A DNA stretch of 64,000 nt from Octopus sinensis (Eukaryota), in assembly GCF_006345805.1 (NCBI RefSeq), contig NW_021835469.1, positions 5,495 to 69,494 of the forward strand, in the 5' to 3' direction. Each line of letters opens with the position of its first letter. Positions within the stretch are counted from its first letter, which is position 1. A model generated the notes under the pieces. It was given only the letters and a program-made list of their open reading frames with translations. It had not been told where the DNA came from and did no database searches. Positions 54,665 through 64,000 of the stretch are shown in pieces. Both the position numbers and the translations under genes were made by a program.

Positions 54665-55259
54665 TACATACATGCATATATATATATATATTATTATATT
54701 TATATATATACACATATACATATTTACACGCATCTACAGCGTACATGTGAAAGAGCAATCCGAACGAATCTGGTAATAGTTATACGTTGTCTATAGCGAT
54801 AACTTTGTAACAGCTATTGAAGCAATAATACCTCAAACAAGTTTTTCAACATTGGAAGCAAACCTAATTGAACGATGTGATGCATAACCTAATGGTCGGG
54901 AGAGGAGACGTGCCTCCTATATAACCAAGGGCAAATTATTTCACTGTAATTACCACAAAAGATTTGAAGGTAAGATATGTTTACTGTATGTATGTGAAAC
55001 ATAATTAACATTTACTATAAAACAGAAGCAATGAGACGTCACGGCTCATGTATGAAGAAATATAACATCGAAGAAGTAGAATATATATGCTCTATGATGG
55101 CAGGCTACCATAGCATATATATAAATATTGTAAATGCAACGAAACAGCTACGGAAGCAGATGGCATATTTTGTTGGCTCATTTCATAACGATATCGCTTT
55201 TAAAGAGCATCAGGAGAGCGTCTGATTTCAATGGGAGATGGTTCGATTTTCTATCTGTA

Positions 55260-55565
55260 ATTGAAAACCATAGACATCAAATCACTGACACGCTCATCTC
55301 TTAAATACTTCTTACGCACTCGTCCTTCGCCCGATCCTAGCATTACTTCACAACGCCTCTTAAACGCTTTAGGATTTCTTTCGCTGGAGAATTTTATATA
55401 CATTTCTGCGGTGTCACGATGGGGTCGCGAATGGGCCCCAATTATGCCAAATCTTTGTAGGCCATATTGAAGAGCAAATCTTCGCTCATTTCTCGCGAAA
55501 ATTACCGGAGCTGTATGTTCGTTGAATTTACGATTGTATCGGCGCCACCACAGTTAGAAGACATC
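55260..55565 (+). mobile_element. Penelope-like reverse transcriptase remnant
   Basis: Across frameshifts reads TIDIKSL..LKYFLRTRPSPDPS..GVTMGSRMGPNYA..GHIEEQIF..LPELYVR*IYDCIGAT (PLE RT motifs, decayed YIDD). Confidence 0.75.
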
Positions 55566-55596
55566 ACCTCAGGAAGTGTATGTGTATGCGTGTGTA

Positions 55597-55672
<76 letters not shown>

Positions 55673-58148
55673 TTTTGCACAGACAAGTATGCCAATTTAT
55701 TCAGCAATCCTAATAATGTGGAAGAGAAAATATTTCCCACAGATGAAATAGACGCTTCTGGCACAATGTAACAAAAGGTAATTACAGTATCTATGCAAAT
55801 CTATATTTCATTTTCTTACTAAAAATAATGGCAGTTTTTACACATCATTTGATACTTACTATTCTATAAATAAATTGAATTCATCTAAAATCATTGATGG
55901 TGAAAATTGCAAAAACCTATTGATTTGTGTGAGACTATATTCCTGTGAGTAGGGGTGGACATTGTGAAACACGTCTGATTTGACATGACCGATTAAATAA
56001 ATATAGCAAAATCTCATATAACATTGAAAAGATGTCAGATATTGGTTGTAAGTTGGAAGCCTATTAAAATGGTGATACGAGTGAGATGATTATTATTTTA
56101 TTAAGATTAATATAAAGGAAATATAAAGAGAATAAAAAATATAATTTCACGAAATGTAGAGATTTTGTAAACAGTCAAGATATCTTTAGAAACAGAATAA
56201 GTATGCCGGTGAATGTTATTCAGTTTTTCTTGTAGGAGATTGATAGGTATTTCATCAAATTTGCAATTAAAAGAATTTGTTTAATCTCTGTGTAATTATT
56301 CCCGGTACAGTTTATAATTAACTAGTTTTGTTTTGGATCTAACTGTTATGAAAAACTTGTGTATTCTATATTAGGATATTAACTGTCAGTAACATATGTT
56401 TTGTTTAGGTAAAAAAATATTCTATCATGACTTGAGTAGAATAATTAAGATATCACGAAGTACATCTTTAACAGAAAGAATATGTATACTTTTAGGGTGT
56501 GTCTTTCTTGAAATTATATAGTTCAGTTTGTAAATGGTTTCAAAAACAAAGATTTGTAATATTCACCAGAAGGTATTAATAACTGTCCCAAATATTCACA
56601 GATGTGTATTATGGTCGTTGGATTATTTACAGGGTATAATATGCAAAGTTTGCACCAAGTGTGTATGAATCGCGTTAACATGCGATACTTGCATGTATGA
56701 GATCGTTATACGAATACGACATTGATTAAAGGTTTAGAAAAAGTATAGTTTTACTCAATGGTCAGACCTATTAAATATATTGGATGTTATATCAGGAATT
56801 AACAAAGGAAAGTATTTAAGAGGATGGTTGTACGCAGAATGCAAATTTTCTCCCATCGTTTTCTCTTTCTCACTTTCTCTCTCTCCCAACATCTCACCAT
56901 GTTTATGTCTATTCCTATTCTTACGAAACACAGACTCCTGTAAAATCTTTCTAGTTCTAGTTCTCTGCGACGTGTTAATTTCACCACTAACATAATACCT
57001 CTACTCAGCGAGTCTACATTTACTTAGTGCGTATATGTAAACAAACAATTCGCTTACTTATGTTTCATTGTGCTTAAATATACAGAACGGCAAAAAGGTA
57101 CCCTGTTAATGTAAATGTGTCCAAAATTAAGCTTAGGAAACATGTTTATTATTTTGTAGATTTTAATATAAATATGTAAAACTACAGTTTAATAAATTCA
57201 ATCACACATTGTATTTTACTTTATCACTAAGGTTTAGTATTACTCGTGCCTTAAACTAATGGAATTGATACATTTTCCCATAAGTTTATGCATGAAATCC
57301 TTTTACAATTTAAATTTTGTCCTTTAATTCCACTCGCAGTTTTTCTTTAACGTCTTTTAAAAATTATCACATGTATCTAATTTCAATATTTCTTATAGAA
57401 GCTTTCATCGCACAGTCGCTGTTACGTAAAAGTTGCATTCTTTGTTTTTAATTTTAACGTACTCTAACTTTTAAATTCACTGCCATCTCTTTTGTTCGTT
57501 ATTCTTTTTGCGAAGTTTTCTTTGTTCTCCCCGTCCACTTCCACCGTCTTTCTATTCCATTTTCTAACATAACTATAAAACCTTAACTCTTGCCGTAAAC
57601 TCATTTATATATTCAATAAATTTATTTGTGTTTAATTGTTGCTTTTATTTTCGAATACAATATGCATTGTTTTTTTCAGATAACCTCTTTTTACATATTT
57701 AATCTAAATTGAAATCTTTTTTGTATAGATCTACATTTCTACATGTAACTTTCTCAGGTTCCATGTCTCTTATGAGTAAAGATGAGTAATGTTTATATTA
57801 TTTCGGTAGCATTTAATGGTATGCCATCCTGATAATTACAGTTTTAGAATATAAATTCTCCCAGTCAAATCAGATTTAAACGGTTATTCGAAGAGTTACT
57901 AAATAATAATAATAACTACACTGTATGTAGATACATATAAATAGATATAAACCATTGTACTCTCCATCGATGTTCCAACGAAAACATCTTAAACTTAGTA
58001 TGAAATTTGCAAATCGACCATAATTCTTAACATGAAAATACGTTTTAAGAAATTTTCCAAAGAATATATAGTGATAAAAGGAAAATATAATAACAGGGTA
58101 ATTATAACTTTGGTATTACGTTCATGTATTACGGTTTCAGTCAGCTTG

Positions 58149-58357
58149 AGGGTGAGCTAGCAGATTCGTTAGCACGCAGGACAAAAAGCCTCGTGGCATT
58201 TCGTCCGTCTTTGCGTTCTGAGTTCAAATTCCGCCGAGGTTATCTTTAAATTTCATCATGTTGTTGATAAAATAAGTATATGTTATGTACTGGGCTCCAT
58301 GTAATCCACTTCACCTCCCAGAGAATTGCATTTCCTTGTGCCAAAATTTGAAAGCAT
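58149..58357 (+). mobile_element. tRNA-derived SINE; a second, more decayed copy follows at ~58375-58565
   Basis: Contains ggtgagctagcagattcgttagcacgc..gttctgagttcaaattccgccgagg..gataaaataagta. Confidence 0.8.
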
Positions 58358-58614
58358 TATGTGTACCAGATGTGTAAGGCAGAGTTCTTTCAGAAGCAGA
58401 AATGCTTAGAAGCATGTCGCTCAATTTTATGTTCATATTTGAAATTACCCGAGATAAACATTGCTCTTCTTCCTTTCCGATCAACAAAATAAGTACCAGT
58501 GGCTTGTTATAATAGAGCAGCTCACTTTCATGAAAGATTCAAGGTTTGCACCTGTAGTAGAAATGATTATTTATACAAGTTATTTTTATTATTAAAAGTA
58601 TATTTTGATATCTA

Positions 58615-58800
58615 TCTTCTTTCAGCCATTAGACTGCAGCTATACTGGGGAATACTGCCTTGAGGAATTTGAAGGGAATTATTCGATCGCAGCACTTACG
58701 TATTAATTCTTTCAGCATTTTTTGCCTAACCACTAAATATCGATGACGTTAACATACATACACCGGATGTCAAGCGGTGAAGGGAGATAAAAATAGATAG
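58615..58800 (-). mobile_element. SINE 3' body (family of 15576)
   Basis: Contains ttcagccattagactgcagctatactgggg..gcctaaccactaa..gtcaagcggtg, matching the reverse complement of 16650-16845. Confidence 0.6.
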
Positions 58801-58820
58801 AAAGACACCCATATATATAC

Positions 58821-58868
<48 letters not shown>

Positions 58869-60288
58869 TATATATATATGGTGCACGAATACCCCCGTAT
58901 ATATAGTCAAACGCAGCATAAAATTTTGTCAGTGAACAGGACGCCGTTTCAAAGTAACGAAAATATTTTGACACAAATTAAATTTAAATATTGAAGTGAA
59001 ACTAACAGCAGCGTAGTGAATAAGATCTTGCGTAGTGAATAACAGCGGTGGTTTCCTCTGTAGGCTGGGAGAGGCATAGATTTTAATTTGTATACATTTG
59101 TGTTTGGCAAATTCATTAAGGGGTCATCCATTAAGGATTTAGTCTGTTGATCACAAATTTGGATGATAATTGTAGGTTGAATCTCTGTTCGTTGCTGTTT
59201 TTGTCGTTGTTGTTGTTGTTCTTATTGATATATTTCTTGCTCTTTTTGAAGAGATGATGGGTGGGTAACAAACTCCGTTTGAATGGGCTATGAACAGCTG
59301 GAATCTGAAACGTCGATCGTTTCATTAAGTAGGTCATCAATTGTGGTTGAATTAAGGTGGGTTAGTGGTTGGGGCTGAGTCATTTGATGCTCCTGCTGCG
59401 ATGGTTATTGTTGTTGCCGTAGTAGTTATTGTCGTTTTTGCTGAGATGGTTGTTGTTGTTGTTGTTGTTGCTGTTGAACTGTATTTGAAGAGAAAACGGG
59501 TTCGAATTTTTTCGAAATGTCTGTTACTTAATTTAAATGGCTCTTCAAATTGTTTAAATTTGTTTTGAATCTGATTTTTCGGGTCGATATTCTAAGACCC
59601 TACGTGTGGCTATTAGGTTCTGGCATGATGTGTCTATGTTCTCCGTTTTGGTAAGACAATACCATGAATTTATTAGAAGATCTAATTCATTATCAGACCA
59701 TATTTGTTTAGACTTTTTTTGTTGAGTAGTCATCCTAGGTTTTTTTAAAAAATATATTTGTTTGTTAATTATTTATTTACTCCTAGTGTGAGTGATTTGA
59801 TGTGCAGGAACTTATGCTACAATATGGATGAATGAGTGCAAATTTTATTTGTGTTTAAGATAAATATTTAAAGATGCTTGGAGGGAGATAAATATGTATA
59901 TGACAGGGCAGAACTTTTCATTTTGATGAGGAAATTTGTAGTTCTGAAAAATTTATATGCTGATGTTGTTAATATAGAAGATAGAAGATAGGTAGCTGTG
60001 TGACTTGCTTCAAAATTTATTTGGCTGAATTTCTCACTTATCAAAGTTTTAAAGTTTCAAAGTTTTAAAAGATGTGCGTTTGTGCGTTCGATCAGAGAAC
60101 ACTATAGAAATGCAAGTTTTTAAACTAAGTGTGAAACAAATCTAAAATGCTCAGAGTAAATTATAGATATTCTTGATTTTCAGAATTATTTTGCAGTTGT
60201 TGTTCTGCTGGGTTGTATTAGTGGTTCTCTGTATTTGGCTCCTGACTGGTCAGAGTAAACTTGATATAATAATAACAATAATAATAAT

Positions 60289-60342
<54 letters not shown>

Positions 60343-60346
<4 letters not shown>

Positions 60347-60900
60347 GCCCTGATGCAGTACTAGACAGTCGTTCTCATGGCTTCTAATCTTAACTGATTG
60401 GAAGTGTTATCATGTACATTGTTTTGTCTCGGTATAACAGATGGGCTACAGCAAATATTTTGCTCAATATCACAGATTTGCTTGTCAGTTGTTTGACCTT
60501 AACCAATTGAACATGTCCCTTAGTGGATGACGATAAGTACATCTCTCATCACGAGCAGAACTAGTGGGGGAGCATCATAACCATGTGTTGAAAGGGATTC
60601 TTGGAGGTTGGAATAAGTTACCTCTGGAAACATGGGTGTTTCGTTCAACATCCTTAAACAACCCTTATTCAGGGAGCTTATGAGTGGGATGGGTTCCTCG
60701 ACCAGAGGGAAATTCTAACTGGGCCCCACCTGGAAGGTCACGTTCTGTTTACCTTGATACGAGATCACCATATCGTGCACATATGTTTGTGATGCATGTG
60801 CCTAGTGTACTCTTATCAGACGGGTAGTGATGATGAGTTTACTGGGCTTCGTATACTTTACCTCGTGTCACTTTGATGACATGCACTTCTCTCTCCCTCA
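60343..60900. mobile_element. ~550-bp non-coding interspersed repeat embedded in (AAT)n (copy 2)
   Basis: Aligns with 37871-38405. (AAT)n flanks at ~60265-60342 and 60901-61040. Confidence 0.85.
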
Positions 60901-60945
60901 ATAATAATAATAATACTAATAATATTGATAATAATAATAGTAGTA

Positions 60946-61000
<55 letters not shown>

Positions 61001-61001
61001 G

Positions 61002-61038
<37 letters not shown>

Positions 61039-61093
61039 GATATAACAACATGGATGTTCCCTGGGAGCCTCTCTCCAAAAAACGAATTTAATC

Positions 61094-61676
61094 TGTAGTG
61101 ACGCTATACAGCGGCGCGCGCGCACCTTCCATTTTCTATTTCGCGCGTGTGGTGCCTTCACCAAGGCACAGAGAGGAAGGGGCCCTCTCGCGCATGCGCG
61201 TAGCACCGGAAGAAGAACCCTTTTGCCTCGTGGCAGTTAGCCGAGGCAAGGGGATCGTAGAACGTTTGACCACTAGCAGCAGTCAGCAACGACTTGAGAC
61301 ATGGCTATCGAAGGTACAACACGTATATTCTCTCTGTCCGTATTTGATAGCAGTCGGCTGAAGCTTTTAACCAAATTGTTGCAGACTACATCATCTTCCT
61401 TTCTCCGGACGCCATCTTTGACAAGTGTCGTTTTGCATTTGAACACTTTCTTATTTTACAACGATAAGGTTCAGCTAAGACACATCTATACCAAAGGGAT
61501 GCCAGATACACCAATTATCTGTTACCACATAAGAGAATAAAGTAGATATATATTATTTACGTTTGCGTCTTGTTTGTTTCTGACGGGTAGAATTCTGGAT
61601 ATTAAAGCAACGGATAGTGATTTGCTTCTCGCACCCTCAAAAGGTCCAGAGAAGAAATTCACACTAGTTCGTTTCA
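61094..61676 (+). repeat. 5' LTR (583 bp)
   Basis: TGTAGTGACG...GTTTCA; differs from the 3' LTR by about a dozen substitutions and two indels. Confidence 0.92.
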
Positions 61677-61677
61677 C

Positions 61678-61696
61678 TGGTGAACCCCCGACGTGA
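61678..61696 (+). other. Primer-binding site complementary to the tRNA-Trp 3' end (2 extra nt)
   Basis: TGGTGAaCCCCcGACGTGA versus the expected TGGTGACCCCGACGTGA, located 1 nt after the LTR CA. Confidence 0.8.
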
Positions 61697-63139
61697 ATCT
61701 GGTCTAAAACCAGAGATCACTTAACAACAAAGAAATCCAGTTTTTCTGCTAGGTCGGAACACGATTTAACTCTACGCAGTCATCATCTTTCGACGATTTG
61801 TTTCCGGTCCCCTCGGACAGTTATAGAAGGAGTCTTTTTTATTCTTCAACATAATGACGGACGCCATCATATCATCGATGCTTTTTCTCTGCCTTCGTCA
61901 TCACCATCGTTGTCTTAGAACTTCACGTCGTCGTTATCTTCGTCGCCATCACCACTAAGAACAATGTTGTCTCAAGTCCACTACAGTCGCCTTCCACCAC
62001 CACCGTCGCCTTTCAACACCGTCGACCAAGATGTACATAGCAACTCACGGAACTTTAGCTTTCATGCTGTTCGTGCGTAGCGCGCCAAGGATTAACAGCC
62101 CAGACTATCTGCGAGATTCTTCTGTAACGAGTTAACCTGTCACAGCATTGAAGCCACAACCGCTACACGATATGTGTTCAATCGGCATCTGCATTTGTGA
62201 TTTCAACATTCTGTTACAGAACGAACTGCTATTGTGCATCAGGCTATTAGAGACTGGTAAATTAACTCCATTGTCTGAGATAGCCCTGAGAGACGTTTTT
62301 GTATGCGCAGTATTTTTATTTTTGCTCGCATTCACCTTGTATGTATTTCTGGCGCACACACGTACACACACATAAATGCTATCTCTCTCACATACATACG
62401 TCACACATGCTTTTCTCGCTTGTTTTTCCATGCTAATTTGCCTTTGTGGACACACCTCATTTCTGTAGACCCTAGGTCGGTCACGTATACATAGAGAGGG
62501 TTGTTTGTCCATTATAACGCGCCGGCATGCCATACTTTTTTTCCTGTACGAACGAGGCATATAATCGCTCAACCACTGGCATATTCATTGCTGTTTTTTC
62601 GGTGTGGCAAGCCCTATAGCATTTCATGCGCCTTTGCTTCGCACGTGTATTGCCTTGTTTTTGCAACACGTTTGCGTTAGCGTAATTATTTTTCCCTGTT
62701 AGACCCATGTTGGTCACGTAATTAACAGAGAAAATTATCTGTGTCGCGCATCACACCAGCATGCTTGCACTTTTGCCTTTTGTGTTACTAGCGATCTATC
62801 TGTCGATTCCATTTCCTCTCCTGCAGCAATTGATTTAACTGCTATTTCGCACGACCAACCACCTTTAGAGGAGTTGGATTTAATTTCGCCTAGGTTCATT
62901 AACTGTGAATTTTGCTTCCCTTTAGCGGAAGGCTCTATACTTTGTGACGTATCCACTTTCACGCATGCACTTTTCATTTTTGCTCCTTTTGAGTATTTTT
63001 TTCTCTTTTTTTCCTTTTGTAAATTTCTTGTGTATGATGTAAATTTTGCCATTTTATTATATTGTGTGCTATTTGGTTATCTGGTATCTACCTTGAGTTT
63101 TATAGTCACTACAGGGAATTTTATGTCGTGCTTCGCACT

Positions 63140-63148
63140 GGGGTGGAG
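63140..63148 (+). other. Polypurine tract
   Basis: GGGGTGGAG lies 3 nt before the 3' LTR. Confidence 0.6.
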
Positions 63149-63151
63149 CTC

Positions 63152-63729
63152 TGTAGTGACGCTATACAGCGGCGCGCGCGCGCACCTTCCATTTTCTATT
63201 TCGCGCGTGTTGGTGCCTTCACCAAGGCACAGAGAGGAAGGGGCCCTCTCGCGCATGAGCGAAGCACCTGAAGAAGAACCCTTTTGCCTCGTGGCAGTTA
63301 GCCGAGGCAAGGGGATCGTAGAACATTTGACCACTAGCAGCAGTCAGCAGCGACTTGAGACATGGCTATCGAAGGTACAACACGTATATTCTCTCTGTCC
63401 GTATTTGATAGCAGTCGGCTGAAGCTTTTAACCAAATTGTTGCAGACTACATCATCTTCCTTTCTCCGGACGCCATCTTTGACAAGTGTCGTTTTGCATT
63501 TGAACACTTTCTTATTTTACAACGATAAGATTCAGCTGAGACACCAAAGGGATGCCAGATACACCAATTATCTGTTACCACATAAGAGAATAAAGTAGAT
63601 ATATATTATTTACGTTTGCGTCTTGTTTGTTTCTGACGGGTAGAATTCTGGATATTAAAGCAACGGATAGTGATTTTCTTCTCGCACCCCCAAAAGGTCC
63701 AGAGAAGATATTCACACTAAGTCGTTTCA
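63152..63729 (+). repeat. 3' LTR (578 bp)
   Basis: Direct repeat of 61094-61676, followed by the AATC TSD. Confidence 0.92.
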
Positions 63730-64000
63730 AATCCAACAACACCGTTGCAATGGAAGAAATGTTCACAAAAATATCTTTTCCAAATGTTCTTTTAAGGCAA
63801 AGTAACTAAAAAGTCCGAACTATTATTGCCATATATAGTATGGTTTTCTTTCTTTTATGCATAATATTTCCATGTGACATGCATAAGAAATAGAAGCGAA
63901 CATCAGAGCTCTTGAAAGACAGTAAGTACATAAATTGATTAATTAATTAATTAATTAAATAAGTATACATGCAACTGTTTATGCATACACGTAGACATTT

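Larger units (their letters stand above)
61094..63729 (+). mobile_element. Structurally complete non-autonomous LTR retrotransposon (Gypsy-like by PBS and TSD)
   Basis: TG..CA LTRs at 61094-61676 and 63152-63729; TSD AATC at 61090-93 and 63730-33; PBS at 61678; PPT at 63140. No gag or pol motifs were recognised. Confidence 0.92.

Noticed and set aside
58950-59750. Possible Dong/R4 N-terminal remnant on the minus strand
   Set aside because: Only a vague resemblance (WSDNELDLL..) with no diagnostic motif.
63267-63330. CTGAAGA plus a hairpin in the 3' LTR as a retrozyme-type hammerhead
   Set aside because: No GAAA follows the hairpin (it reads GTAGAAC), there is no helix I, and the 5' LTR has CGGAAGA.
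61098-63422. ORFs overlapping the LTRs (87 aa and 182 aa) and the 146-aa internal minus-strand ORF
   Set aside because: No Gag, protease or integrase motifs were found, and a 1-nt indel between the LTRs changes the N-terminus.

Overview
This is a 64-kb, very AT-rich eukaryotic window dense in microsatellites and transposons, with no host gene I can support. The SINE and repeat families resemble those of octopus or other cephalopods; this species assignment is inference. The window holds six Mariner remnants, two R4/Dong-clade LINEs in (AAT)n arrays, two L1/Tx1-like and two CR1-like LINE fragments, several tRNA-derived SINEs and at least four Penelope-like (PLE) fragments. It also has one structurally complete non-coding LTR element (61094-63729; 4-bp TSD, tRNA-Trp-type PBS, PPT). 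The most striking signal is non-coding. Several unrelated repeats, most of them foldbacks or PLE 3' ends, carry minimal type-I hammerhead ribozyme (HHR) motifs. Most have a compensatory U3-A8 core pair and a repeat-specific palindromic helix III. The best case is a 421-bp near-perfect foldback (54047-54467) with two identical, motif-complete HHRs. A PLE 3' region also carries five CCAAT/CRE units at a fixed 17-bp spacing, followed by a TATA box and a splice donor. HHRs in PLEs are known in general, so the novelty would lie in this diversity and architecture. All calls were made by eye; boundaries of degenerate elements are approximate.
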